Shown: piece by piece, positions 51,403 to 63,186 of the stretch
How the letters are laid out: the number at the start of each line of letters is the position of its first letter
Numbering within the stretch: position 1 is the first letter of the stretch
Origin: an uncultured Enterobacterales bacterium
Lineage (GTDB): Bacteria; Myxococcota_A; UBA796; CAJQPC01
Direction of reading: 5' to 3'
DNA: 63,186 bases
Assembly: GCA_964567625.1 (NCBI GenBank)
Contig: CAZMNK010000004.1
Coordinates: 1 to 63,186, forward strand
Notes under the pieces: model-generated
Database searches by the model: none
The model's input: only the letters and a program-made list of their open reading frames with translations
What the model was told of the DNA's origin: nothing
Position numbers and translations under genes: made by a program

Positions 51403-53103
51403 ATGGAAGTCGAACGCGAAGCGATGCCCGTCGATGTGTTGTTCGTGGGTGGGGGCCCCGCCTGCCTGGCAGGGGCCATTCGACTGATGGACCTGATCGA
51501 GGCCCACAATGCGGGTGTTGCCGACGGCAGCATCCAGGGAGAGGTCCTGGAAGAGCCGATGATCGCGCTGATCGAAAAGGGCAGCGAGATCGGTTCTCAC
51601 GCAATTTCCGGTGCAGTCGTGGACCCCCGGGCGCTCGACGAGCTCGTCCCCGACTGGCGGGATCGGGAGGATTTTCCCCTGGAGCGCTGGGTGGAAAAGG
51701 AATCCCTGTTTTTCTTGACCGAGCAGTTGGCGTTCAAGGCGCCGCTGATGCCCCCCGAGTTCCACGATGCGGGTTTGCCCATCGTCTCCATCGGTCGTTT
51801 CCAGCAGTGGTTGGCCGGCATTGCCGAGGAGAAGGGCGTGATGGTCTTTCCCGGGTTCGCTGGTTGGGACCTGTTGGGCAAGGACGAAGGGGTGGTCAGC
51901 GGGGTTCGTTGTGGCGACAAGGGTGTCGATGCCGATGGCACGCCCAAGGACAATTTCGAGCCCGGCATGGACCTGGAGGCCAAGGTCACCATCCTTGGAG
52001 AGGGACCGAGGGGTCACCTGACCCGCATCCTCATGAATCGCTTCCAGTTGGACCAGGAGTCCCTGCCCCAGGCCTATGAGCTTGGCTGCAAGGAGGTCCT
52101 GGAGTTCCCGGAGGGCACGGTCCAGGAGGGCGAGGTCTGGCTCACCGCCGGCTGGCCCCTGGCCATGGACGCCTTTGGTGGGTCCTTCATCTACTCGATG
52201 GGTGGCGACCGGATGTGCATCGGGTTGTTGGTTGCCCTGGACCACAAGGACCCCTCACTCGACGTGCACTACCTGCTTCAGAAACTCAAGAACCACCCCA
52301 AGATCCGAGAGAAGCTCGGCAAGGGCAAGGTGGTCAAGTACGGGGCAAAGACGGTCACCATCGGAGGGTGGAACAGCATTCCTCAGCTCTACGCGCCCGG
52401 GGCGATGATCGTCGGTGACTCGGCCAGCTTCTTGAATGCCTCCCGTCTCAAGGGCATCCACCTGGCGATGAAGTCCGGCATGCTCGCGGCCGAGACCGCG
52501 ATGGAAGCGCTGGTGAAGGATGATGCCAGCACAGAGGTCCTGGCGGGCTTCAAGCAGCGGGTGGATGATTCCTGGATCCGGGAGGAGATGGAGCCGGCCA
52601 AGAACTTCCACGCTGGCTTTGCCAACCACGGCTTCCTGGGAGGAGGCGTTCGGTTCGGTCTGCAGAAGATCTTCGGGCCTGGCAAGACGGCGCCCTACCA
52701 TGCCGACCACGAGAGCATGAAGCGACTGAGCCACGTCCACAACAGCAACCAGATGCCCTCTCGGGAAGACATCAAGTACGACGGTACCTACCTGGTGGAC
52801 AAGCTCACCGATGTCTACCTGTCGGGCACCAAGCACGACGAGCACCAGCCCTGCCACCTGCTCATCGAGGACACGGAGATCTGCGCCACCCGCTGTGCCG
52901 AGGAGTACGGCAACCCCTGTGAGCGCTTCTGCCCTGCCCAGGTCTACAACATGGTCCCCAACGAGGAGACCGGTCGCAAGGAGATGCAGGTGGACTTTTC
53001 CAACTGCGTGCACTGCAAGACCTGCGACATCCGGGACCCCTACCAGATCATCAAGTGGGTTCCGCCGGAGGGTGGTGACGGTCCGGAGTACGGCTTCCTG
53101 TAG
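51403..53103 (+). CDS. electron-transfer flavoprotein:ubiquinone oxidoreductase (ETF-QO)
   Basis: ATG at 51403 with GGAG 9 nt upstream. Blocks: DVLFVGGGPACLAGAIRL, GEGPRGHL, and a C-terminal 4Fe-4S/UQ region CPAQVY...CVHCKTCDIRDPYQIIKWVPPEGGDGPEY. Confidence 0.9.
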   Translation: MEVEREAMPVDVLFVGGGPACLAGAIRLMDLIEAHNAGVADGSIQGEVLEEPMIALIEKGSEIGSHAISGAVVDPRALDELVPDWRDREDFPLERWVEKESLFFLTEQLAFKAPLMPPEFHDAGLPIVSIGRFQQWLAGIAEEKGVMVFPGFAGWDLLGKDEGVVSGVRCGDKGVDADGTPKDNFEPGMDLEAKVTILGEGPRGHLTRILMNRFQLDQESLPQAYELGCKEVLEFPEGTVQEGEVWLTAGWPLAMDAFGGSFIYSMGGDRMCIGLLVALDHKDPSLDVHYLLQKLKNHPKIREKLGKGKVVKYGAKTVTIGGWNSIPQLYAPGAMIVGDSASFLNASRLKGIHLAMKSGMLAAETAMEALVKDDASTEVLAGFKQRVDDSWIREEMEPAKNFHAGFANHGFLGGGVRFGLQKIFGPGKTAPYHADHESMKRLSHVHNSNQMPSREDIKYDGTYLVDKLTDVYLSGTKHDEHQPCHLLIEDTEICATRCAEEYGNPCERFCPAQVYNMVPNEETGRKEMQVDFSNCVHCKTCDIRDPYQIIKWVPPEGGDGPEYGFL

Positions 53104-53138
53104 GACGACCCGGCGGCCTTCGGGGTTACCTGGAGGCC

Positions 53139-54215
53139 GTGCCCCAACTCATCCAGCCCCTGCCCGAAGGTCCCCTGGATCTGATCGGGGACATTCACGG
53201 GGAGTTGCAGGCGCTGGACCGTCTCCTCGCCCTCCTGGGGTGTGACCCGGATGCCGGTGTCGCCCAGCGGCCCCTGGTGTTCATGGGGGACCTGGTGGAC
53301 CGTGGACCGGACAGCCCGGGTGTGGTGCGCCGGGTCAAGCAACTCGTGGAGGCGGGGCTGGCCTGGTGCATTGCTGGCAACCATGAACTCAACCTGCTCC
53401 AGGAAGACCGCAAGGAGGGAAACGGCTGGATCCTGGGCCACGAGGACACCTACCCGTGGAAAGAAGACGGCCGGGTGGAGCGTCGTGCCTTTCCCAGTGT
53501 TCAGGTCACTTCGCCCGGGGAGCGCGAGGAGTTGTTTCGGTTCATGGCCGGTCTGCCGCTGGTGTTGGAGCGGGAGGACCTGAGGGTGGTCCATGCATGC
53601 TGGGACCCGGAGTCCCTGGGCAGTCTGCCAGGGGACGGGGAGATCGCCAGGGTGGCAAAGGGGTTCCAGGAAACGTTGCTCCAGGGGCTCCGAGAAGAGG
53701 GTCTCCTGGCCCGCGCCAAGGAAGAGTGGGCTCGTTTCGCAAAGCTGAAGGACCCCTCGATCCGGCCCGATGTCCTGTTGCCGGGCATGCTGGCCGTGTC
53801 TCTGGCCGAACAGGCTGGCAATCCGATCAAGGTCCTGACCTCCGGGAAAGAGGAGGCCATCAAGGGCCCCGAGAACTTTTTCTTCGTGGGCGGCAAGTGG
53901 CGAGTGGTGCAGCGGAGTCGCTGGTGGGAGCACTATGACGACGACGCGGCGGTGGTGGTGGGCCACTACTGGCGGCGGCGCGGAGAAGCCGATCCCGGGA
54001 AGGACGACTTGTGGGACGAGGTCCCTTCCCTTGGGTGGGCGGGGCCCCGCGGCAATGTCTTCTGCATCGACTACAGCGTCGGTCGGCGTTTCCTCGAGCG
54101 ATGGCAGGGGCGACAGGACTTTGTCGGTGGCCTGGCGGCGCTGCGGTGGCCGGAACGCACCGTGGTCTTCGACGATCGGCCGCAGGTGTTTGCGACCACC
54201 GGCTTCGGGGGCTGA
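53139..54215 (+). CDS. metallophosphoesterase (PPP-family / ApaH-PrpE-like phosphatase)
   Basis: GDIHGELQALDRLL, FMGDLVDRGPDS, GNHELN, VVHACW. Confidence 0.8.
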   Translation: MPQLIQPLPEGPLDLIGDIHGELQALDRLLALLGCDPDAGVAQRPLVFMGDLVDRGPDSPGVVRRVKQLVEAGLAWCIAGNHELNLLQEDRKEGNGWILGHEDTYPWKEDGRVERRAFPSVQVTSPGEREELFRFMAGLPLVLEREDLRVVHACWDPESLGSLPGDGEIARVAKGFQETLLQGLREEGLLARAKEEWARFAKLKDPSIRPDVLLPGMLAVSLAEQAGNPIKVLTSGKEEAIKGPENFFFVGGKWRVVQRSRWWEHYDDDAAVVVGHYWRRRGEADPGKDDLWDEVPSLGWAGPRGNVFCIDYSVGRRFLERWQGRQDFVGGLAALRWPERTVVFDDRPQVFATTGFGG

Positions 54216-54216
54216 C

Positions 54217-55005
54217 TCAGGGGTCGAGCAGCCTGGGAAGCAGCACGCCGGAGGGCCCTTGCAGCCAGTGGTCTGCCGCTTCGGTGACCTGGGAAGGGTT
54301 CGGGTTCACATCGATGAGCTTCGCCCCGCTTTCCTTGGCCCTCAGTGCGATGGCGACTGGAGGCCAGACCATGCCCGAAGTTCCCACGACCAGGCAGGCG
54401 TCGGCCCGCTCGGCGTGGTGGAGGCAGAGCTCGAGCACCCCGGGCCAGTAGGACTCCCCGAACCAGAGGATGTGGGGTCGCAGGGCTGCGCCGCAGTCCG
54501 TGCAGGCGGGCACTGCAGCCTCGGGGGCCTTCGGATTCTCAACCAGGGGGGCGATGGCGCCACAACCTGTGCAGCGGCCTGTGTCGATGTTGCCGTGCAT
54601 TTCCACCCGGGCCTGGCTCCCTGCACGGGGATGGAGTCCATCGACGTTCTGGGTGGCGAGGAGGATGGGGGAATCGGCCAGTCCCACCTCGGGGGTCCAT
54701 CCAGCGTCCTGGAGTCTCCGTGCCTCGAACCGGGCGAGAGCCAGGTGTCCCGGGTTGGGTCGAGCGTCGTTGCAGAGACCTCGACGCCAGCGGTACCAGC
54801 GCCAGATCTTGGCTGGATCCTGGCGGAAGGCTGCCGGGTTTGCGAGGTCCTCGGGGCGGTGGCCTTCCCAGAGTCCCCCTTCGCCTCGAAAGGTGGGAAT
54901 GCCGGACTCGGCAGAGATGCCGGCACCGGTCACCACCAGGACTCGGCGGGCATTCTCCAGGTCTGCCCGAACAGTGGTGAGCAATGAGAGGTCCGGGTGG
55001 GTCAT
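54217..55005 (-). CDS. cobB: NAD-dependent protein deacylase (Sir2 family)
   Basis: Start at MTHPDLS (complement of 55003-55005); the track's extension is R/P-rich. Blocks: VLVVTGAGISAESGIPTFRG, TQNVDGLH, Zn Cys pairs CTGCG...CTDCG, VVGTSG. Confidence 0.85.
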   Translation of the reverse strand: MTHPDLSLLTTVRADLENARRVLVVTGAGISAESGIPTFRGEGGLWEGHRPEDLANPAAFRQDPAKIWRWYRWRRGLCNDARPNPGHLALARFEARRLQDAGWTPEVGLADSPILLATQNVDGLHPRAGSQARVEMHGNIDTGRCTGCGAIAPLVENPKAPEAAVPACTDCGAALRPHILWFGESYWPGVLELCLHHAERADACLVVGTSGMVWPPVAIALRAKESGAKLIDVNPNPSQVTEAADHWLQGPSGVLLPRLLDP

Positions 55006-55031
55006 CGCGGCCGATGCTATCTTGCGTGGCG

Positions 55032-55706
55032 ATGAAGACCTTGGCTCTGCTGCTGATTCTGACCGGTTGTAAGAACGGGGACGATGGTTTCGGAGGTACT
55101 GGGGACCGCGTGGACCCCCCTGCGGACACCGGGCCGCTCGAAACGGGTGGGGACACGGACACCGGCGACACCAGCACACCGAACGACACTGCGGACACCG
55201 GAGGGACGGGTCTGGACACCGGTGACAGCGCGGACAGCGCGGACACAGGCCTGGACATTACCGGCACTGGCTACGGCAACGGAAACGTGGCCTACAACCT
55301 CCGGGCACCGGACCAGAGTGATGACATCTGGGCCCTGTACCAGCAGTTTGGTTCCGTGGTGCTGTTGACCTTTGGGGACGCCACCGATCCGCATTTCCAG
55401 GAAATCAGCAGCTGGCAGCAGGCTCTGGCGGACGAGTGGGGCATTGTGACCGCTGCCATGTTGATGACCAACGAGGTCCAGACCCAGGCCAGTGTGCAGG
55501 ATGCTGCTGAATGGGCCTCGGCGAATGGATTGGACACCGTGCTCTACCGGCCCCTCGACGGCTCGGTGAGCACGGCTTCCTGGTCTCCCTATCCACCGGT
55601 GACCTACGTGATTGACCAGGAGATGGTCATCGAGTGGACCAACCAGGGAAACAGCGAAGAAGGCCAGGTCGAGGACCAGATCAAGGACCTTGTGCTGGGC
55701 CGTTAG
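55032..55706 (+). CDS. lipoprotein with D/T/G-rich linker and thioredoxin-like domain lacking the CxxC motif
   Basis: Start at MKTLALLLILTGC. An ~80-aa D/T/G linker is followed by VVLLTFGDATDPHFQEISSWQQAL...PVTYVIDQEMVI. This aligns by eye to the TlpA pattern (hhhh.FWA.WC.PC..E), with the Cys residues absent. Confidence 0.55.
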   Translation: MKTLALLLILTGCKNGDDGFGGTGDRVDPPADTGPLETGGDTDTGDTSTPNDTADTGGTGLDTGDSADSADTGLDITGTGYGNGNVAYNLRAPDQSDDIWALYQQFGSVVLLTFGDATDPHFQEISSWQQALADEWGIVTAAMLMTNEVQTQASVQDAAEWASANGLDTVLYRPLDGSVSTASWSPYPPVTYVIDQEMVIEWTNQGNSEEGQVEDQIKDLVLGR

Positions 55707-57535
55707 CCCTGGGCCTGGTCCAGGGCCTGTCGGATCTGGCGGGCCGTGGCATGTCCGATGCCGGGGACGGCGCTCAAGTCCACGACCGTGGCATCTTCCA
55801 TTGCCCGGGCGCTGCCGAAGTGCTTCAGCAGGGCCTTTCGTCGAGCGGGCCCGATGCCCTGGATCTCCTCGAGCACCGAGGCCAGCGTGCTCTTCCGTCG
55901 GAGCTTGCGGTGGAATCGGATGGCGAAGCGGTGGGATTCATCCCGGATGTGTCGCAGCAGGTTGAGCGAGGGGTGGTGATCTGGCAACAGGATCGGGTCC
56001 CGCCTTCCGGGAACGATGATCTTGTCCACCGGGGCGGTCTCTCCACGCTTTTTCTCGGTTCGTGGTTTGGCCAGTCCGATGACCGGTTGTTCGCTCAGGC
56101 CCAACTCCTCGAGCACCGATAGGGCGGCATTGAGCTGTCCCTTGCCGCCATCGACCACCAGTAGATCCGGGAAGATTCCCTCTTCGGTCGCTCGCCGAAA
56201 ACGACGACCCAGGACCTCCGTCATCGTGGCGGTGTCGTCGGGGCCCGCCACTGTTCGGATCTTGTAGGTCCGGTACTCCTTCTTGGCCGGTTCGCCGTCC
56301 AGGAACACCACCTGGCTGGAGACCGGGTGATCTCCCTGGAGGTTGGAGTTGTCGAAACATTCGATGCGGTGCGGTGCCTGTGGGAGTGCCAGCATCTCCC
56401 CGAGTTCCGCCAGGGCCCGTCGCAGGCGATCGCTGCGTTGGGTGGATCGGCGGTAGCGGTCCCGGGCATTTCGGTGGGCCAGTTCGAGCACCCTGGCCTT
56501 GTCGCCACGTTGGGGTTGGAACAGGCGCACCTTTCGTTCGGCGATCTCGGAGAGAACCTCGGCCAGGGCCTCGGCACCGGTAGGCAGGGTGGGCACCAGG
56601 ATCTCCGGGGGCACCTGGTGTCCCTGGCCGTACCAGGTGTTGAGGAGGGACGAGAGCAGGTCCGGCGATTCTTCGAGCAGCCCCTCAAAAGGCAGGGCGG
56701 CGGGCTCGAGCATCATCCCGCCACGCACGGGCAGCACGACGGCCACCCCCCGATCCAGTTCACGAAAGACCCCCCAGACGTCACGGTCACGGAGGCCAGG
56801 GTCCACCACACGCTGGCGCTCCAGGGTTCGCTCCATTGTCTGGATCAGGTCTCGCCACCGGGCCGCCTCTTCAAATTCCTCGGCTTCCGAGGCCTCTGAC
56901 ATCCGGTTTCGCAGGCGCTTCAGCACCTCTGTGTTGCGCCCTTCCAGGAAGAGCATCGAGTCACGGACCAGCTCGGCATAGGCCTCAGGTGTGGTCAGAC
57001 CTTCGACGCAAGGGGCTACACAGCGGTCCATCTGGTAGAGAATGCAGGGGCGCTTGCGGGCGAGGAGTACCGCATCCGTGCAGGTTCGCAGCCGAAAGGT
57101 CCGATGGACGAAGTCCAGGGTTCGGCGGGCTCGTTGGGCTGAACTGTAGGGGCCATGGGTTCGGCTGCCATCCCTCGGAATGCGTCGGACAAGGGTGTAG
57201 TGGGGCCAGGGGCTCTTGGGATGGATCCGCAGATGGAGGAAGTTCTTGTCGTCGCGGAGCTTGACGTTGTAGCGAGGGGTGTGGCGCTTGATGAGGGTGT
57301 TTTCCAGTAGAAGCGCGTCCTTCTCACTGTCTGTCAGGACGATTTCGACGTCGTGGGCCTGGGCCACCAGGAAGCGGACCATGGTGCGCTCGTCCTGGCC
57401 GGCCAGGTACTGGCGCACCCGAGCCCGCAGGTTCTTGGCCTTGCCCACATAGAGCACGGCGCCCTCGGCATCCCGGAACAGGTAGACACCGCTGGAGGTG
57501 GGTAGTGCCGCCGCACGGTTGGCCAGGGTGGTCAT
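55703..57535 (-). CDS. uvrC: excinuclease ABC subunit C
   Basis: GIY-YIG GVYLFRDAEGAVLYVGKAKNLRARV, UVR domain, RNase-H-like endonuclease domain, and C-terminal (HhH)2 IQGIGPARRKALL...VPGIGHATARQI. Start at MTTLANR (57535); 57571 is possible. Confidence 0.95.
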   Translation of the reverse strand: MTTLANRAAALPTSSGVYLFRDAEGAVLYVGKAKNLRARVRQYLAGQDERTMVRFLVAQAHDVEIVLTDSEKDALLLENTLIKRHTPRYNVKLRDDKNFLHLRIHPKSPWPHYTLVRRIPRDGSRTHGPYSSAQRARRTLDFVHRTFRLRTCTDAVLLARKRPCILYQMDRCVAPCVEGLTTPEAYAELVRDSMLFLEGRNTEVLKRLRNRMSEASEAEEFEEAARWRDLIQTMERTLERQRVVDPGLRDRDVWGVFRELDRGVAVVLPVRGGMMLEPAALPFEGLLEESPDLLSSLLNTWYGQGHQVPPEILVPTLPTGAEALAEVLSEIAERKVRLFQPQRGDKARVLELAHRNARDRYRRSTQRSDRLRRALAELGEMLALPQAPHRIECFDNSNLQGDHPVSSQVVFLDGEPAKKEYRTYKIRTVAGPDDTATMTEVLGRRFRRATEEGIFPDLLVVDGGKGQLNAALSVLEELGLSEQPVIGLAKPRTEKKRGETAPVDKIIVPGRRDPILLPDHHPSLNLLRHIRDESHRFAIRFHRKLRRKSTLASVLEEIQGIGPARRKALLKHFGSARAMEDATVVDLSAVPGIGHATARQIRQALDQAQG

Positions 57536-57677
57536 GCTCTCTGGGTAACGGTGTGGAAACCCTCCCTGCATCGGTCGTCAGCCACGAGGGCTCCGTGGTT
57601 CAGAAGAGAGGTGCCTCCCTGATGAGCAGACAAGACCTCCACACCGGGCGTGGTCGCTCCCTTTCCCGTGGACGTTT

Positions 57678-60218
<2,541 letters not shown>

Positions 60219-60319
60219 GACGGCGAAGTATAGAAGCGCTCCCCGAAATCAAACGTTAGACCCCGGATTTCTTGAAGGATGGCTCCAGCCCTTGATCTGC
60301 TGGAACCGGGGAGGATTCG

Positions 60320-63186
60320 ATGCAGCGCATTCTGGGCGCCCTCCGAGAGGAGCGTTGTGTGATCGCTGTGGGGGGACGGGCCTGGGCGGACCCCGGCTTT
60401 GTCGCCGGTGTCGTGGAGCGCAGTGGGCTTCCATTGCTGGCTCTGGGGGGCACGGAAGCCGCGGACGTTCCCGAGGCAACCCCCGAAGCGGTGGGCGCGA
60501 TGGTCGGGCAAGAGGGGAGCGTACTGGTACTGCTCGAGCCGGACCCTCTGAAGGACGGCGCAGCGCTCAAGGAGTTGAACCGAGGAATTGGAACCTGGTC
60601 CCACAAGCCTCGGCTGGTGATTGTGGCCAAGCAGTTCAATCCCTTCCTGTTTCCTCATCCTCTGCGATCCCTGAAGCTTCAGCAGATCAAGCAGCGCTCT
60701 CGGGAGTTCCTGGAGAGCCTTCCAATCCCGTCGGAACAGGCCGCTGAAGAACAGGCTGCCAAGTCATCGCGGCGCAAGGCCTCGGGACGGGCCCCCCAGT
60801 TGGCCTTCCTGGGACGCGAGGAGGAGACGGCTGCCCTGCTTCCCTTGCTTCAGGCTGGTGGTCCGGTGGTCGTCTGTGGGTCTGGAGGCATCGGTCGGAT
60901 GTGGCTGATCGACCGCACGGTTTCCCAGGACGAAAACCTTTCTCGTGTCCCTGACCTGGCCCTGGCGCGGGGCGTCGGTTTCACCACCCTGGCATCGCGG
61001 TTGGTGGAGATGACGGGCAACGAGGAACACCGCACGCTGTTGTTGCCCGGCTCCCGTCCAGCCCCCATCGAGGTGATCGCCTCCTTGATCGCGCTGCTCC
61101 AGGATGAGCAACTCAAGAACAAGGTCTTTGTGATCAGTGGCCTGGAGTACCAGTTGGGGCGGGATGGTGCCATCTGGCGAGAGGACCGGTTGGGCCTGTT
61201 GCTCGAGGCCCTGCTCAAGTCCAGCTACGCCCCTACGATCGTGTTTCGGTCCACCCGCAGGCCGGCTTTCTTCCGAGAAGGAGAGGCGGAGGGGCTCAAT
61301 GTGCTGGAACTCCACGGGCTCAAGGGGCGCGAGCTCTATGACCTGTTCAGCAACTACGACGCCTCCGAGATCCCTCGGGACAAGATGGGCATGGTCCACG
61401 AGCGGACCTTTGGGCATCCCATCGCCACGAGGCTGTTTGCGATCACCTGGCGAGATGCGGACAACCAGGCAAAGCTGCTCGATGACCCCAAGTTCTTCCG
61501 GCTCAAGGGGCCGGACGATGCCGAGTCCTTGCGGCGTCGACTGCAGCGACGTCTGGACAGGCTGACCGACGATCAGCGCACGGCCCTGGCCCTCCTGGCC
61601 CACCTGCCTGAGCCGGTTCCAGCCAGCGTCATCACCACCCTGGGCGTGAACAGGGCGATGCGCCTGGAACTCCTGCGCCTGGGCCTGTTGGACGGTCTCA
61701 GCGAGCGCAGTCCCAAGGAATTCCATGTGCACCCGGTTGTTCGGAACCTGATGGGGCGGCGGGAGACCTCGGACTTCGACACCCTGGAGCACGTGGCCCA
61801 GTTGCTGTTGGAGTCGTCCAAGCTGGCAGAGGAGGGCCTGGCCCAACTCCACCTGATCCAACTCGGCAATCGCCTGTTGGTCGAGGCCCGGCGTGACCGG
61901 AGCCAGTGGAGCATGCCGTGGCCGGACAATGATGCTCGCTTGCACAGCATTCGGGGCATGTTGGGGGCACGTCAGCCCCGCCTGGACCTGGCCGAGCAGT
62001 TCACCCGGGAGCTGATCAAGCAGGACCCAGGCAATCCGGAAGCCACCATGCTCCTGACCGAGGTGCTTGTGGCCAGGAATGCCGAGGCCAGCACTGTTGC
62101 AGAGCTCTTTTCCAAGGCGCAGCAGTCCTGTCCGACGCCTGAGATCTTCCACGCCGAGGCGGGGTGGCAGTTGTCGACCAGGAGGGGGATCCAGAGGGCG
62201 ATCTCGGTCCTGGAGGCCGCCATCGCAGTCTTTCCGGAGAACGCCCGGCTCAAGCGCCGTCTGGGGAACCTGCTCCTGGACCAGGGGCGTCCAACCGACG
62301 CAGAGACCCTGCTCAAGGACGCCCTGCGCCTGCAACCAATGATGCCCGACACCTACTCCCTGCTGGGCAAGCTGGCTCTTACCCAGGGGCCTGGTTCCTG
62401 GGACAGGGCCGAGGAACTCCTGCGCGAGGCGGTTCGCCTGGAACCCGAGGGTCACCATCATGTGGAGCGCCTGGGTTCGCTGATGCGCCAGAGGGGCCTG
62501 GCCGATGCGGAAGGCCGCACGGCTTTCTGGGACGAAGCCAAGGAGCTGTTGGAGACATCGGTGAAGGGCAGTAGCCGGAATGGTCGGGCCTACCTGGAGC
62601 TCGCCCAGCTTCACCTGGATCGGCTGACTGTCGGCATGGAGGCAGATCTTGAGCGCGCCGAGTGGCTGTTGCGCAAGGCCAGCAAGATGGGCCAGGCCAA
62701 GACGGATGTGCAGTTGGCCCTGGCCAGGGTCCAGGTCCGGACCGGGAATGTCCAGCGGGCGATCGAGACCCTGGACCGGCTGGAAAGGAAGCTCGGGGCC
62801 ACCTACACCGTGCTGGCCGCCCGTGGCGAGATCGAGGCTTTTGCGGGCCAGATCTTCAAGGCTGAGCAGGCCTTCAATGCCGCCTGGCTGGCCGCCCCGG
62901 ACGGATCCCCGGAGAAGGAGTTGATCCTGGGCGAGTTGACGCGGCTGCGCACACTGATCGAGTCAGGAGCCGCCCTGGATATCGTGAAGCAGGCCGAGGC
63001 CCGCGCGGCGGGAACTGTCGAAGAGGAAGTCGTGAAGAACGCGGCAGGACCTCGGAGAGAGGCCGGCAAGACAACGAAGCGGCGCCGAGGACAGAAGAAG
63101 TCCTCGCCCGCGGAGGCAGCACCCGAGGCGGAGGCGGCACCCGAGGTGGAGGCAGCACCCGAGGTGGAGGCAGCACCCGAGGCGGA
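60320..63186 (+). CDS. STAND-like (NB-ARC/AAA-type) NTPase with TPR array and repetitive C-terminal tail; 3' end runs off the window
   Basis: Absent from the ORF track (no stop in the window). Manual translation from ATG 60320 (GGAGG 5 nt upstream) is open to 63186: MQRILGALREERCVIAVGG, FLGREEETAALLPLLQAGGPVVVCGSGGIGRMWLIDR (P-loop with Lys-Thr replaced by Arg-Met), VFVISGLEY (Walker B position), TFGHPIATRLFA (GxP motif), LTDDQRTALALLAHLPEP (winged helix), then more than 350 aa of TPR-like helices, a basic KTTKRRRGQKK stretch, and (EAAPE[AV])n. The long antisense ORF 60764-62614 is an artefact. Confidence 0.7.
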   Translation, partial: MQRILGALREERCVIAVGGRAWADPGFVAGVVERSGLPLLALGGTEAADVPEATPEAVGAMVGQEGSVLVLLEPDPLKDGAALKELNRGIGTWSHKPRLVIVAKQFNPFLFPHPLRSLKLQQIKQRSREFLESLPIPSEQAAEEQAAKSSRRKASGRAPQLAFLGREEETAALLPLLQAGGPVVVCGSGGIGRMWLIDRTVSQDENLSRVPDLALARGVGFTTLASRLVEMTGNEEHRTLLLPGSRPAPIEVIASLIALLQDEQLKNKVFVISGLEYQLGRDGAIWREDRLGLLLEALLKSSYAPTIVFRSTRRPAFFREGEAEGLNVLELHGLKGRELYDLFSNYDASEIPRDKMGMVHERTFGHPIATRLFAITWRDADNQAKLLDDPKFFRLKGPDDAESLRRRLQRRLDRLTDDQRTALALLAHLPEPVPASVITTLGVNRAMRLELLRLGLLDGLSERSPKEFHVHPVVRNLMGRRETSDFDTLEHVAQLLLESSKLAEEGLAQLHLIQLGNRLLVEARRDRSQWSMPWPDNDARLHSIRGMLGARQPRLDLAEQFTRELIKQDPGNPEATMLLTEVLVARNAEASTVAELFSKAQQSCPTPEIFHAEAGWQLSTRRGIQRAISVLEAAIAVFPENARLKRRLGNLLLDQGRPTDAETLLKDALRLQPMMPDTYSLLGKLALTQGPGSWDRAEELLREAVRLEPEGHHHVERLGSLMRQRGLADAEGRTAFWDEAKELLETSVKGSSRNGRAYLELAQLHLDRLTVGMEADLERAEWLLRKASKMGQAKTDVQLALARVQVRTGNVQRAIETLDRLERKLGATYTVLAARGEIEAFAGQIFKAEQAFNAAWLAAPDGSPEKELILGELTRLRTLIESGAALDIVKQAEARAAGTVEEEVVKNAAGPRREAGKTTKRRRGQKKSSPAEAAPEAEAAPEVEAAPEVEAAPEA
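63113..63186 (+). repeat. 18-bp tandem repeat, at least 4 copies, encoding (EAAPEA/V)n, truncated by window end
   Basis: gaggcagcacccgaggcg / gaggcggcacccgaggtg / gaggcagcacccgaggtg / gaggcagcacccgaggcg / ga..., in frame with the STAND/TPR gene. Confidence 0.85.

Noticed and set aside
60764-62614. 616-aa minus-strand ORF, the longest listed ORF in this region
   Set aside because: Its composition is dominated by R/G/Q/P/L with no motifs. The opposite strand encodes a coherent STAND/TPR protein with an SD sequence and high GC3. This is a typical antisense shadow ORF of a high-GC gene.

Overview
The window is a high-GC, very gene-dense chromosomal segment. I call 53 CDS with almost no spacer DNA. 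I recognised no rRNA, tRNA, CRISPR array, transposase, integrase or prophage genes. Several markers point to a Myxococcota-like (deltaproteobacterial) lineage: a Cys-containing MYXO-CTERM-like sorting tail, MopE-type CDGxDNDCDG repeats, a PEGA domain, GTTCCACGTGGAAC-type parS sites, and D/T/G-rich linkers after lipoprotein lipoboxes. The structural core is the origin-proximal partition cluster mnmG-rsmG-(lipoprotein)-parA-parB-bactofilin with three parS palindromes (35.2-40.1 kb). The rest is mostly housekeeping: tyrA, dapC/dapD, mltG, udk, comEC, lspA-lgt, ETF-QO, cobB and uvrC. It is interspersed with many lipoproteins and secreted proteins of unknown function. The least ordinary loci are: (1) a membrane pseudokinase with a ~324-residue Glu-Pro repeat and a PEGA domain (57678-60218), divergently paired with a STAND-like/TPR protein whose P-loop lysine is replaced (60320 to the window end; absent from the ORF track); (2) a 757-aa protein with four PH/GRAM-like repeats plus a PilZ-like end; (3) a tight tyrA / HHxxxDG acyltransferase / TPR-thioredoxin / FHA operon; (4) two arylsulfotransferase-like lipoprotein paralogues bracketing an FMN glutamate-synthase-like gene; (5) ComEC fused in frame to a bacterial PH-like module. 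None of these is a demonstrably new system on sequence alone. All family calls are by-eye motif recognition on the supplied translations plus my own translation of two edge-truncated genes. No database search, HMM or folding was run. Many long ORFs in the track are R/G/P-rich antisense artefacts typical of high-GC DNA. Several real genes start downstream of the track's first possible start codon.
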